From NCBI GenBank assembly GCA_965287045.1, contig OZ336885.1, positions 49,352,001 to 49,416,000 on the forward strand: 64,000 bases of DNA, written 5' to 3'. Numbering within the stretch: position 1 is the first letter of the stretch; each line of letters opens with the position of its first letter. The position numbers were made by a program, and so were the translations under genes. Below the pieces are notes generated by a model. The model saw nothing but the letters and a program-made list of their open reading frames with translations, was not told the origin of the DNA and did no database searches. The stretch comes from Carcharhinus amblyrhynchos. Taxonomy: Eukaryota. Positions 37,472 through 51,000 of this stretch are shown in pieces.

Positions 37472-38011
37472 ACAGGTTCTGATAATTGAACAGCCTTCAC
37501 GAGTGCTGAGTTTCAGAACTTCACCAGTCTCAATGGTATCAAGCACATTAGGACTGTGCTTACCATCCAGCATCGAGTGGACTAACTTAGTGCAATATCC
37601 AAATCTTTAAGTCTGTCCAAAGAAGCATTCATGAGAGACCCTGGATATTAGAATCTCAATCTTGTTATTGGGTTATGGGACAACTCCACATGCAACAATG
37701 GGAGTCCTTTAACTGAGTTGCTAATGAACCATCATCTCAAAATGAGACTGAGCGTAGTGTTTCCAAATTTACCAGGAGAGTAGAAGCCAGCCAAAATAGT
37801 CAGAAGACAAGCCATAATTCATGTCAGTCAACACATCGTTTTCAATGGATTAATCTATGTATATGAGGAATTTTAGAAGTGGGTTGAGTTGGGTCCCTGG
37901 AGTTGTTGTATCCAAAACTAAACCCCTGTCTTATCAAATGGACGTAGAAGGAAGGATCATCCGGAAAGACATTGACCATTGAGAGAGCGAGAGTTGTCCC
38001 AGTAGCCAGTC

Positions 38012-38080
38012 TTGCTCTGAAAGCTCATGATACCAAATAAACCTGTTGGACTTTAACCTGTAGTGAGACTTCTTACTGTA
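38012..38080 (+). mobile_element. Penelope-like terminal fragment
   Basis: GAAAGCTC...CAAATAAACCTGTTGGACTTTAACCTG...GAGACTTCTTACTG. Confidence 0.7.
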
Positions 38081-40049
38081 TCAGGAGCTATACTGCATCT
38101 GTGAACATTGTCGACTATCCAAGCACTGAAGTAGCTGGTTGTCCTGTGGCAAACCAATGTCTCCATGGAAACAGAAAGGACTGAACATTCTGTACCTAAA
38201 GAGGTACCTGTCATTGTGGTTTCGGCTGACAGTAATCCTGAGGAAGTGACCCAGATAGAAGAGCTACGCACTCCAAAATGATTCCAAACCTCTGAAAGAT
38301 TTAGTTTATAATTGACTGATTTGTGAACTAAATGTTTAATTATCTGGGACTGTGTACATAAGTATTGACAATGTGATAAAAGGATTTAGAGGTGGAGGGA
38401 TGCAGAGATTGTTCTTTTAAGGATCAGAGTAAGGGTCACATGATCCATGAAACCAATCAGGGAGCAGGGTGGCAGACTGCCCTGGTGAACTTGGGTTTCT
38501 GTTCCAGAACCTTCTCAGCAGTTGCAATCCTCTGTATAGCTTTTACCTGTAAATAAATGTGTTGTTGTTTTTCCCTTCACTTGTGAACAATGACAGTCAT
38601 TCAGTGCGTCAGTAATGGCTCCGTTGAGCAGGGCATCAACACTTTACAAAGTAAAAATATACAGAAAATACGTGGGTATTAGAGAGAGCCATGGGGGGTG
38701 GATGAAGACAGTTTAACCTGCTGAAATAATTTATTAATGGAACAGTAACAGCCTCAACATGGGGCCTGTACTTAATAACACTTTTACAGAGTCTTTCTGC
38801 TAAGCGGCTGAAAGCCATGCTTATTTCTGCTGGTAGGTTCTTTTTAATATGCAAATTGTAGTTGTATGACACATACAAGACCTAGTTAACAGTTTAGAAT
38901 AAAACTGGTCAAAGGCTGTATCGTGCAATGAAGCCCAAGAACCCCAAACACACAAGCTTTAAATTATTTATCTGCTGTACTGGTGTGGCACAAAAACAGT
39001 CTGGGCCCTGGCACCGCCAGTTCTCTCACCCACCCAACATAATCATGACCAGTCCATGACTTAGCCTGGACCTACCTTGCTGCCAACTGTATGACACCAG
39101 CCTGAATCCTGCAAAACACATCAGGATTGCTACTGAAGGGGGTCTGATTTGAAAACAGGTTCTCAAAGTGGCTGCCATCACAGCTGTCAGATCAATGGGC
39201 TGGTCAATCAGTCATCCAAGGTTAGAATCAATTCCCATAATTCTGTGCGGTTGTTTAGTTCGTAAAGCTGACTCAAATGTTGAGATTTTTTTACTTAACA
39301 GCTATCCTGATGGTGAAATTCATTCAAAGCTGGAGACAATAATGAATAATGTTCTTGCTTCCAGTTTTCCTCTGCCTGTGCCTTGTGCTGACCCAAGTAG
39401 AATTAATGACTTTGATATAAGCTGGAAAGGCTGAAAGAGCTCAACCCAAACAAAAGAAATCTTAGTGAAAGTATTTATCGCAGAGACCTGATGAGATATG
39501 GATGGAGATTTATAAGGCATTGTAGGTCAATGTGACAGAGACATGAATGTTGGTTGCAAATATGTGAAATGGATAGTCACAATCAGAGCAGGTGGTGCAT
39601 CAAACCTACTCCAATGACTAGAGAGTCTAGGTTAGAAGATTCTACCCATCAATGACCAGCTAATCTCCTTGGAGAAGCAAATTAAACAGGGAGAACAGCA
39701 AGGTGACCAGTCCAGGAAATCAGGTGGACAATGTATTCATCATCTATTTATCCACCACCTGCAAGTTTCTGAAATCTTTGCAGCCTCTAATTCTAATTTT
39801 TGCACATCCCAATTTTATTATTGCAACATTAGTTGTCATACCTTCAGCTGTTTAGACCTGAAGCTCTGAAATGTCCTCACTAAAGTCTTAAGCATTTCCA
39901 ACTTGTTTCCTATATACTTTGTAAAACTTGCATCTATGACTAAACTAGTGGTAGTTGGGTCTAATATCTCCACATTTGGTTTGGTGCCTAATTTTATCTG
40001 CTAACAATTCTATGCCTTGCTTTGGGCCACTTTCTTGTTGCTTCTATGT

Positions 40050-41005
40050 TTTAGTGATGATGATGATGGAATTAGTACGCTCCAGGACTTCCAAATTTGG
40101 TGACCTTGTCCTGTCGAGAGATGTTTAGGACGCAGCTGAAATAGTGATGATTGCGACTATTGAGCCTTTTCTCTTGCTGGTATTTGTTGTCCAGGTCTCT
40201 CCACAGTACAGGAGTGTGCCAAGGACACAGGCTTGGTAGACTGACAGTTTGGTATTTCCAGTCAGGTTGCTGTTGTTAATTCTCTCCTCAGTTTGGATAT
40301 AACAGCTGCAGTTTTTGTGATGCATGTGTTGATTTCAGCATCAAATATCAGGTTACTGGAGATTGTGGAGCTTAGATATGTGAAGCTATCAACAGCTTCC
40401 AGGATCACATTGTCAATGCTGAGAGACACGTGGTGATATGGAAACATCCTGGAACATGACATTTGTCTTCCTGATGCTGATGGTCAAATCAAGTGCTTTA
40501 CTGGTGTGAAAGAGTCTGGCCATTTGCCACTGAAGTGTTCCTTGATATTGAATGCTCGTATGGCATTGCCAATGGACAACTCTCTGATGAGGAGTTGACA
40601 CACCTTTGTCTTGTTATTAAATGGGCAAAGCCAAACAACTTTCTGTCAGTTCTGATGTCTAAGGGCACTCCTCTGTAGATAACCTGAAGGCAAAGAATGC
40701 CAGATCACAATCCTGTTTGAACCCACTGCTGATCTCTGATGTTGCCTTATCATAGCTGACCTTAAAAATCATGTTATCATGAAAAGAGGAGATTGCATTG
40801 AGCAGCTTTGGCAAGCAGCCAATTTTTCCAGCAGCTTAAACAAACCACCTCTGCTCACATGGTCAAGTGCCTTGATGAGGTTGATGAAGGTCACATATGT
40901 TGTGGCCTTTTTGTTCACAGCATTTCTCTTAACAGCTGCTGGGACTGAGAAGATCATTTCATTTGGGAATTTTCCAAATCTGAAACTGCACAGGGATTCA
41001 GGCTA
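40050..41005 (-). mobile_element. RTE-clade LINE, decayed RT
   Basis: FINLIKALDHVSRGGLFKLLEK; LTISIRKTNVM; VDSFTYLSSTISS; TKLSVYQACVLGTLLYCGETWT. Confidence 0.85.
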
Positions 41006-41904
41006 GTAGCATTCTAAAGACAGATGCAGACAATGACTTTAAACTTTACAATGTGACCAGGATAAAAGAACACAGGTTCGAACCAGAACAGAAGGACTGA
41101 ATTTTCCAGGTTGCAATCTCTACATTGGCCACAGTTCCAGGTCAGAAAGCCAGAATTGGACATGATGAGATTTGAGTCACAATTTTCCTGGAGAATTAAG
41201 AAGCTGCCTCTGGCATACCCATCAATTGAGGATAGCTAACAGCAGCATAGAGGCAAGAGACCCTATAGAATGGCTTTCAGCAATGTTGGACCAGCAAACC
41301 CCTAGGAGAGGTGGATTCAGCTGAGATGGGCTGGAAATCTCAGCGATACCTCAAAATTCCATTGTTCTTTCTAGCAGTGGGAAAAAATGATAAATAATGC
41401 AGTTGCCGGGTCATCAGCGAGGATGGGGAGCATCTCCACAGGATGGCTTGTAGCAGTAGCTGTGGCCACCGTATCCCAGTGGCTGGCATGATTGAGTGGA
41501 GCTGCTGATTTCCCCTGGCAATTGCCAGGACACCACTTTTAGTTAATTGCCAGGCTCTGGCCTCAACAGGAAGGCCCAAACCACCACTGGGAAGGTCCTG
41601 GTGACACCATCAATTTTCTCCCATTTGGCCCATCAATCAATCTAACTGGTCACCTCTACCGGTTAGAACCCTGCTCCAACAAGACTATTGGGCGACATGG
41701 ACATATTGGGTCTGCTACCCGATGTGCTATTTGCCACCTTTTCTCACAGTTCCACCTCCAAACCTGCCTTTGTCTGCCTGGGAAAATCAAGTTCATAAAC
41801 TTTTGTACAATGAGTAATCATAAATAGACTTCAAGGTATTAAAGATAAAATCCCTGGAATCACACTTTAAGTACCCCATGTCATTCGGTCTGTGAAAAGC
41901 AAGT

Positions 41905-42225
41905 AGCGGCACTGTGTCACAGAGATTAGCACTACTGCCTCATAGCACCAGGGACCCGGGTTCAATTCTGACCTCGGTCACCGTCTATGTGGAGGTGCAC
42001 TTTCTGCCCATGTCTGCATGGGTTTCCTCTGGGTGCTCCAGTTTCCTCCCACACTCCAAAGATGGGCAAGTTAGGTGAATTGGCCGTGCTAAATTGACCT
42101 TAGTGTCAGGGGGATTAGCAGGTTTTATCTGTTATGGGAATAGGGTCTGCATGTGATTGTGGTTGGTACAGATTTGATGGGCCAAACTGCTTCCATCTGC
42201 ACTGTAGGACTTCTATGTTTCTATG
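41905..42225 (+). mobile_element. HE1-type V-SINE
   Basis: Head with GGGTTCAATTC B-box, V-domain, CR1-type tail. Confidence 0.85.
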
Positions 42226-42317
42226 AGCTATCAGGAATGACTGAATAGGTGGGGGCTGAGTTTGTTTATCAGAGAACTGGTGAGAATGCAGTACTTACTC
42301 TCGGAAGGAGGAGTTAA

Positions 42318-42660
42318 GTAAAGTTTATTTATTAGCCACAAGTAGGCTTACATTAACACTGCAATTAAGTTACTATGAAAATCCCATAGTCACCACACTC
42401 CAGTGCCTCTTTGGGTACACTGAGAGAGAATTCAGTATGGCCAATGCACCTAAGCAGCATGTCTTTCTGACTGTGGGAGGAAACCAGAGCAAATCCATAC
42501 AGACGTGGGCAGAAAGTGCAAACCGGCGTCCCCAGAGAAAATCCACGCAGACACGGGGAGGATGTGCAGACTCCACACAGACAGTCACTCAAGCTGGGAA
42601 TCGAACCCGGGTCTCTGGTGCTGTGAGGCAGCTATGCTAACCACTATACCAACATGCCAC
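42318..42660 (-). mobile_element. V-SINE, alternative tail, with internal duplication of the V-domain
   Basis: AAATCCA..CAGAC..GGG..GA..GTGCA occurs twice (42490-42575). Confidence 0.85.
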
Positions 42661-43954
42661 CTAAATATAGATTGTTTAATGGAAAGCTATGTAGATCCAC
42701 AGGACAGCAAGGAACAGAAGGATATACAGTCAGAGATCAATGAATTATGGTAGGCAGAAGTTTGTGTGGAGTATTAAAACGCGCACAGACCAGTTGGGCC
42801 AAATGGCTTGTTCTTTTTTATAGCCCATCCCTAATTGTCCCTGAAAAGGTGGTTGTGCCTTGAACCACTGCAGTCCCTCTGATGTAGGAACACCCACAGT
42901 GCTGTTAGGGAGGGACTAGCAGGATTTTGACCCAGCAACAGTGAAGGAACGGTGACGTATTTCCAAGTCAGGATGGTATGTGGCTTGGAAGGGAACTTCC
43001 AGGCAGTGGTGCTCCTTGTATCTGCTGCCCTTGTCCTCCTAGATGTCAGTGGTTGTGGGTTTCTGCATATTCAGCATTTAAGAACAATTAAAATCTATTG
43101 TGGAGTTTTTTTGGATGAGTGAATTAAGTTCAGCCAAAGGGATTCTATTGACCATATTTACCTCATGATCTGTGCATTTTTGCAGCGTGCAATATTTTAT
43201 TGTATTATGAGATAATAAATTTCACTTGGTTATTTTTCTCCAGGTGCTGAGGCATGCCTCTCAAGTTTCTGTATCTCTATCCCTGCTTGATAGCTGATCA
43301 CTTGATATGATTCCATCATCTCCGGTTGGAATGATGAATTGGTGAAGGCCATTTTGATATATTTTAAATCATCACCAAGCAGTCTGTCATTGACTGGCAT
43401 TTGTGAGAGTAATACTTCACTCCACTATGTGGACAATGATGGACTGAATGACCTTCTTCTGTGCTATAAATCTTTCTATGCTTCTGCATTAAGAGGTCTC
43501 CAAGGACAATTACCTCAGGGGATTATAGGAAAGTGGAGGAAGAAGATGGGATGAAGGTCAGATACTTCAATCACCACTCCCCCACTCCCCCTGCACCACC
43601 ACCGGCCCCCACCTCAGGTATATCATTCTTTGTGTAGTCAGAATCACAAGTCTGGCACAGGTATTTTTCTACATAAGCTGTCAACAGCTGAGTGATGTAA
43701 GGAGCTCTTTCTTTGCAATAGCTGACCTATCTAGCACAGTGTTCCTCAGCACACTTAGCAGATAATCACTGCTATTCACATAATTTCATCAATTTACCAT
43801 GACCTAGCTGCAGCACTGCTAGATTCAAATAATTATATTTTATGTTCTTGATTTTCTAAATGCTCTGGAAGTGATTGACCTTACAGAAGCATGATGCTAA
43901 ACGTCTTTGCAAAGTGAGAGCATCATGATTGAAGAGATTTCCAATCAATAAACA

Positions 43955-45060
43955 TGCTCACAGGATTCAGGGTGAGGTATCTAAATGGATACAAAATTAG
44001 CTTCTTGACAGAAGCCAGAGGGTGGTTGTAGAGAGTTGTTTTTCAAACTGGAGGTCTGTGAAAAGCGGTGTGCCACAGGGATCAGTGCTGAGCCCACTGT
44101 TATTTGTCATTCATATTAATGATTTGGATGAGAATATAGAGGGCTTGGTTAGTAAGTTTGCAGATGACACAAAGATTGGTGGCATAGTGGACAGTGAAGA
44201 AAACTATCTCCAACTGCAACAGGATTTTGATCAATTGGGCCAGTGGGCTGACGAATGGCAGATGGAGTTTAATTTAGACAAATGTGAGGTGATGCATTTT
44301 GATTGAACCAGGGCAGGACTTACTCAGTTAATGGTAGGGCACTGGAAACAGTTACAGAACAAAGGGATCTAATTCCTTGAAAGGGGAGTTACAAGTAAAC
44401 AGAGTGGCGAAGAAGGCATTCAGCATGCTTTGTTTCATCAGTCAGAACATTGAGTACAGGAGTTGGGACATCTTGTTGAAGTTGCATAAGACATTGGTAA
44501 GGCCACACTTGGAATACTGTGTACAATTCTGGTCCTCCTTTATTGAAAGGATATTACTAAACTAGAAAGAGAGCAGAAAAGATTTACTAAGATGCTACCT
44601 GGACTTGATGGATTGAGTTATAAGGAGAGGCTGAATAGACTGGGACTTTTTTCTCTGGAACATAGGAGGCTGAGGGGTGATATTATGGAGGTCTAAAAAA
44701 TAATGAGGGGCATAGACAAGATAGATAGTCAATATCTTTTCCCAAAGGTAGGGGAGTCTAAAACTAGACGACATAGGTTTAAGGTGAGAGGGGAGAGATA
44801 CAAAAGTGTCCGGAGGGGCAATTTTTTCACACAGAGGGTGGTGATTGTCTGGAACAAGCTGCCAGAGGTAGTAGTAGAGGTGGGTACATTTTTTTCTTTT
44901 AAAAAGTATTTACATAGTTACATGGGTACAATGGGTATAGAGGGATATAGGTCAAGTGCAGGCAATTGGGATTAACGTAGGGGCTTTTAAAAAAAAGGGT
45001 GGTATGGACGAGTTGGGCCAAAGGGCCTGTTTCCATGCTGTAAACCTCTATGATTCTATG
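43955..45060 (+). mobile_element. CR1 LINE, 5'-truncated, decayed
   Basis: SGVPQGSVLSPLLFVIHINDLD...KFADDTKIGG...WQMEFNLDKCEVMHF; [12 protein letters not shown]; (ATTCTATG) tail. Confidence 0.93.
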
Positions 45061-45494
45061 GCTCCCGATGTAACTGTTGCTTGCAGTTTGGTTCTTCTCT
45101 GGTTCAATAATGTTATTGACTTCTAGCCTATGGAATATGAATGAATTATTGCCCTCTCAGTTCCTTAGTATTCTGCATCCATTGCTCCTGTACAACTCTC
45201 CCAATCATACCTTACTATGCATTTTGACCAGCTTTTTGTTGCTCCAAGTTTTCAGATCATGATTTTTCTTATCTCATCTGGAAAACGTCCATGTAAAATT
45301 CTACGAACTGACCAATTTTTGTTATCTGTTTATTTTTCCTTCTAACTTTAACAACAAATTTTGACTTCTCAAATTGTCCGATTTGATTCAGGATCTCATT
45401 TGACATTGTGTCAGTTATTCCTGGAAGGAATTGGTCTGCCATTGCAGGGCAGCTTCCTCAGCCTATTTGGAGTCAGATTTGGAACTCATCCTCA

Positions 45495-45885
45495 AAAGTG
45501 TGACTCTGTCCGAATTAGAAGGTGTGTGTTCAAGTCCAACATCATCTCTTGAACATAAAACTCAATGTCGATACTGACTGCACAGCAGGAGGTGCTGACT
45601 TTTCAATGAGATATTAAATTAAAGCCCTTTCTACTCTCTTAAGTGGGGATGAAGGTTCACATAGCACTTTTTTGAAGAAGATCAGATGGGTTATCCTTGG
45701 TGTCTTGGTAAATATTTATCTTTCAACTAACATAAAAAAAAACTCACTGCCACACTGCTGTTTGTGAAAGCTTGTTATGCACTAATTGGCTACTGCATTT
45801 CTTACAGTACAACCGCGACTACACTCCAAAAGTGCAAAGAAATTTTGCCCTATGATGATGACATGTGCTATAGAAATGCATTTCT
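45495..45885 (+). mobile_element. DeuSINE/SacSINE1-like SINE
   Basis: GTTCAAGTCC B-box; TTTGAAGAAG; GCTGTTTGTG..AGCTTG...TTGGCT.CTGCATTTC core. Confidence 0.7.
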
Positions 45886-46269
45886 CATTCTCCTTCATCT
45901 TCATTAGAGCTGCAATATCCATCAGAATATCCAATTATATTAAAGTGAATGAATAACACCTCATCTTTCAATTAAAGTTTTCCAGCCTTGACACTGAGTT
46001 CAACAACTTCTATGATAACCACTGCTCCCATTTTCTTAATACTCTTAATGATAATGGTTACGTGTTGCCATTTATACTTCCTTTGAACCCAACTTTACTT
46101 TCTCTATTACACCATTACGGATTCTCTTTTACATTTTACCATCACCTCTTTTATTTAATTAATCCTGCTCTTAATTCTATTACAAGTCTTTCCATGAGTT
46201 TTCTCATTACCCTCACCCACCATTTCTACCTCTCTGTCTCTCTCTCTTGCTTTTTGAGTAGTATTCCAT

Positions 46270-46545
46270 AAGAGGGTGTTAGAAACAGAAGACCGCCATG
46301 TGTTGGTCCATGGCCATGCTTGCCAATGTACTGCATTGGTTTGCCGTTGCCTGCAGTTCTGGCTGATCCGGAGACTCTCCCACTCTTAACGCCTATCTTA
46401 GGGATATCAGAAGTATTTGCAGGTTGATCATCAACCTGTTTGGCCACATTATGAATGCAGTTCCTTGCCAGCTAGACTCAGAGTGAGACTCAGTCTCAGA
46501 ACTTTTGGCTCAGAAGTAGGAGCACTACCCACTGCACCACAGTTC
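46270..46545 (-). mobile_element. tRNA-derived SINE (family of 60971-61250)
   Basis: Reverse complement of GGTGCAGTGGGTAGTGCTCCTACTTCTGAGCCA head and shared body (AAACAGGTTGA). Confidence 0.6.
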
Positions 46546-47144
46546 CTCCCATTTTATTTCTTTCATTTTTTTTCTATACTTGTGAATAAACTATTAATTT
46601 TCTAATTTCTTCCAGTTCTGATAAGGAGTCACCAATTCTGCCTGACATGCTGTGAGTTTGTAGAATCTCCTGCTTTTATTTTCAATTTCTAACCACTACT
46701 TTTCTTTTGTTTAACCTGAAAATTGTCAGATTTTAAAATTTGTATTCCGTTGCAAGAGACAATGAATTGGGCCTAACAATTTCTATGTGCAGGAAGTAAT
46801 TGCAAAATGCCATGTTAAAACCCATTTCTGCAAAATTAAAAGCTTTAAAAAAATTAGAATCGTCTTCCAATACATTTTCATTACCTTGTAATTGCCTGGA
46901 TTCTTTGAGGCCATGAAAGACTCTTGTGCTAATTAATGACAAGGTTACAAAGGAAGACAGTTAGCCGAGCAAAGTAATTGCTATTTTTGGGTATTCAATG
47001 ATTAGTTTTGTCATACTGGAAACATTAAACATTGTTGTAGAAGAACACAATGTTGTATTGCTGGGGCTGGCCAAGGTTTGACAATATTACTGCAGTTTAA
47101 TAGAACTGAAAATGCAATTCCTAATTGTGAAATTAAGTATTCTT

Positions 47145-49198
47145 TTTAATTCATTATTGAAGTAGAAGTGTTGCTGGCAAGGGCCCACACTTGTTGCCCT
47201 AATTGCTCCTGAGAAGGTCATGCTGAGTCACATTCAGGCACTGCTGAAGTCCATGTGGTGAAGGCACACTCACAGACATGTTAGGGAGAAAGTTCCAGGA
47301 CTCAGGCTTAGTGGCGTTGAAGGAACAGCAATGTTGTTCCAAGTCAGTTTGTTATATGATTTGACAAGCAACTTGCAAGTGGTGAAGCCCTCTTGTGCCA
47401 ATTGCCCTTACTTCTGAATGGTAGAGGCTACAAGTTAGGAAGGTGTTGTTGAAGCAACCTTGGTAAGTTACTATGATGCATTTTGTACTTGGTACACACT
47501 TTGAGCATGTGGCCGAGGCAGTGAAGGTTTGAACTGCTGGATTATTTACCATCCAAATGCTTTTTCCTGAACGACATTGAGCTTCTTGTGCGTTATAGAA
47601 GCTGTATTCATCCATCACACTCTTGACTTGTGCTTTATAGATGGTGAACAGGCTTTGGAATATGAGGAGGTAAGTTACATTTGATAGAATTCCCAATCTC
47701 TGATATACTCTTGTAGCCAGAATATTTATATAGTTGGTTCAGTTCGATTTCTTGGCAGTCTCCAGGATTTTGATATTGGGGGAATTCAACAATGGTTATG
47801 CCGAGGCTCACACTTACTGGGGACAGTCATTGCCTGGCATTTGTGTGGCATAAATATAACATGACACTTGTCAGTCTAGATCTGAATGTTATTCTGTTGG
47901 ATGGAGGCATGGCCCACTCCACTATCTGAAAGTTGAGAATTGGATTCTGTGCAATCATCAATGAACGACCCCACTTCTAACCTTATGATAGAAGGAAGGC
48001 CAACGATAAAGTAGCTGAAGAAGGTTGGGCTAGGGCACTTCCCTAAGGAACTCCTGCAGAGATGTCCTGGGCCTGAGATGATTGGTCTCCCCAACAACCA
48101 CAACCATCTTCCTCTGTGGTAGGTATGACTTCAACCAGTGGAGAGCTCTCTCTGGTTCCTATTGTTTCAATTGTACTAGGGCTCCTTGATTCTACACTCA
48201 GTAAATCTTGATTCCAACTCTGGAGTTCAACTGTGACCATTTTTGGAACAACACTGCAATGAGATCTAGATCCAAGTTATCAGGTGAAACCAGAAATTGC
48301 ACATTAGTTAATAGGTTATTAGTAAGTAATTGCTGTTTGATAGCACTGCTGGCAAAACCTTCCATCTCTTTACTGATGATTGTGAGCTGACTGGTAGGGC
48401 GGTGGTTGCTGGTTTAGATTTGTTCTGCTTTTTGTGGACAGGGCATGGGCAGTTTTCCCCACCGCCTGGTAGATGCCAGTGTTGCAGCTGAACTGGAACA
48501 GCTTGGCTAGAGGCAAAGATAGTCCTGCAGCACTAGTCTTTAATGATACAATCAGGATTTTTGTGGGTCTTACATTCTTGTTGTATCTCATGCCTTCAGC
48601 CATCGTTTGATGCCATATGGAGTGAATCAAATTGATTGGTTTCTATATTGATGGGTACCTCAGGAGGAGGCCGAGATGTGTCATTCATGCAACTTTTTTG
48701 GCTAAAGTTTGTAGCTAATATTCCAACTTTTTCTTTTGTATTAATCTGCTAGCCTCTCCTATCATTGATTATGCAAATATTCATGGAGCCTACTCCTCCA
48801 ATAATGCGCCTACTTTGGGGGCGTTTAAGAGATCTGTGGATAGGTTTATGGATGAAAAGGGATTGGTTTAGATTAGTGGGTCAGTGTTTTTTTAAAAAAA
48901 ACTGGTCGGCGCAACATCGTGGGCCGAAGGGCCTGTTCTGCGCTGTAATGTTCTATGTTCTATGTTCTATTACCATTCATGGCTGGATGTGGAAGAACTG
49001 CAAAGCTTTGATCTGATCCATTGGTGGTAGATTCTATTTGGAACATGCTTCTTCCACTTTTTAGCATGCATATGGCCTGTGCAGTAGATTATCTAGTCTA
49101 ATACCTCATTTCCAGGCGTGATGGTGCAGCTCCTGGCAAGTTCTCCTGAAATTGTATTGAACTAGAGTTGGCCTTTGAAGCTTATTAGTAATGATGGA
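47145..49198 (-). mobile_element. Ancient LINE (CR1/L2 group) RT and 3' end
   Basis: ISAGVP, SFIDDCT, TIYKAQVKSVM, LAKLFQFSCNTGIY motifs; tail shared with 19645-20375, 21130-26110, 42820-43060 and 51665-52760. Confidence 0.7.
48800..48970 (+). mobile_element. Young CR1 subfamily 3' tail insertion
   Basis: Near-identical to the 3' end of 17573-18479. Confidence 0.9.
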
Positions 49199-50094
49199 TA
49201 TTTTATGTAAATAGCCTACATCCTAAGTTTTACATTTGATTTTGGCATGAGTGAGCACAAGGTGTTTCACTTCAGGTATGATTTAAGTGACCCACTAGGG
49301 AGCTTTTCTCAAACAAAGTTTATTTAAGAGCACAATGAAGAAGATATAATTAAAGAATTAGCATAACTTTTATCAATTACAAGATAAACCTGAACAGCTA
49401 GCTATCTATGCTGTTCCAAGTCAAACACCATCCCACAGACATATGCCCTTCTCTATATTTGGCACCAAAAGCAAGTATGCTCATCTGATGCTGGATTTTC
49501 AACTTTTTAATACCTGCTGTGAATTGGTTCTTTGAACGTTGGATTAAATCTCTGAGGCTTCCCAGTCCTGGAACTTTCAAAATGCCTCTAGAATGGGAGA
49601 AAGAGACAGAGACAAAGACACTGCCGCCTTCCACCAGCTTCTAGCAGCAACTGAGAAACAAAACTAATTGGAATGCTCTAAACAAAAGTTGTCCCCAGGC
49701 TTATCACCTGACCTACCAATCATCCACAAATCAAGCTCCACTTAGCAATTCCCAAAAGACCTTTAAGCCACAGAGCATTGCATTAGTTCACTTAAAATCA
49801 GCATGATGTCCATCATATTGCTTCTGTAACAATTAGAGGACACTGGTTACATGGCACCATGGACCTGGTAGGACCTGCTTGAAAAACTGCAGAGAAACAT
49901 GACTAATGGATGTCTATTTCTGGCCGGGGTCCAACATCCACTGTTGGGACCCAGGCCAGAAACTCCAAGGTATTTTATGTAAATAGCCTACATCCTAAGT
50001 TTTACATTTGATTTTGGCATGGGTGAGAATAAGATGTTTCACTTCAGGTATGATTTAAGTGACCCACTAGGGAGCTTTTATCAAACAAAGTTTA
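49199..50094 (-). mobile_element. LTR-like element, circularly permuted with 124-bp terminal redundancy
   Basis: Direct repeats 49199-49322 / 49971-50094; internal CA-TCCAC-TG junction with ~20-bp inverted termini; AATAAA on minus strand at ~49320. Confidence 0.65.
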
Positions 50095-50477
50095 ATAAAA
50101 CCACCCATTCTAACATAGATCTAGGAAAGTTCTCAAAGTGTTTCTGTTAAACTAGCTATTGAATTTATTGGTGATTTTCTTACATTTATGACCCCTGATT
50201 TTGGTCATCCTCACAAATGCAAACATGACCTTTCTGTCCATCTTTTCAAACGCTTTCATAACGAAAGACTATCATATCACACTTAACTAATGTTTCAGCA
50301 TTCCTGCTGCATGGGGTAAATTAGCTAAGTTTCTAACCGCTATCCAACTTTTTGTATTTGAATATGTGGCTCTGTAGAATTGAGTTTGATGCACCGTATA
50401 GGTTAGCACCTTATATGTCCTTATGGTTAAATAGCCTGTGGCCGCTCTGTATCTAAACTCAGCCATAAACTCAGCCA

Positions 50478-51000
50478 TGGGCTGCACGGTGGCACAGTGG
50501 TTAGCACTGCTGCCTCACAGTGCCTGGGACCTAGGTTCGATTCCCGGCTTGAGTCACTGTGTGTGTGGAATTTGCATGTTCTCCCTGTGTCTGCAAGGGT
50601 TTCCTCCAGGTGCTCTGGTTTCCTCCCACACTCCAAAGACATGCTGGTTAGATGCATTGGCCATTGGATGGCATGGTGGCAACAGTGGTTAGCACTGCTG
50701 TCTCATAGCGCCAGGGACCCGGGTTCAATTCCAGCCTCGGGTCACTGTCTGTGGGGAATTTGCACATTTTCCCTGTGTCTGCATGGGTTTCTTCCGGGTG
50801 CTCCAGTTTCCTCCCCCAGTCCAAAGATGTGCGGGTTAGGTTGATTGGACATGCTAAATTGACCCTAATATCAGGGGATTAGTAGGGTAAGTATGTGGGG
50901 TCACAGGAGTAGGGCCTGGGTGGGATTGTGGTCAATGCAGATTTGATGGGCCGAATGGCCTCCTTCTGCACTGCAGGGATTCTATGATCTATGATCTATA
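50478..51000 (+). mobile_element. Head-to-tail V-SINE dimer
   Basis: Tail-less SINE 50478-50663 directly followed by full HE1-type SINE ~50667-51000. Confidence 0.88.

Larger units (their letters stand above)
34402..38595 (+). mobile_element. Decayed full-length Gypsy LTR retrotransposon
   Basis: Homologous LTRs ~34402-34623 and ~38401-38595, PPT GAGGTGGAGGGA; gag FDASVENW, CCHC knuckle ECFSCHRKGH, RT ICGDYKL...KLDMSHAHQQ...YLDDVII, RNase H and integrase remnants. Confidence 0.9.
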
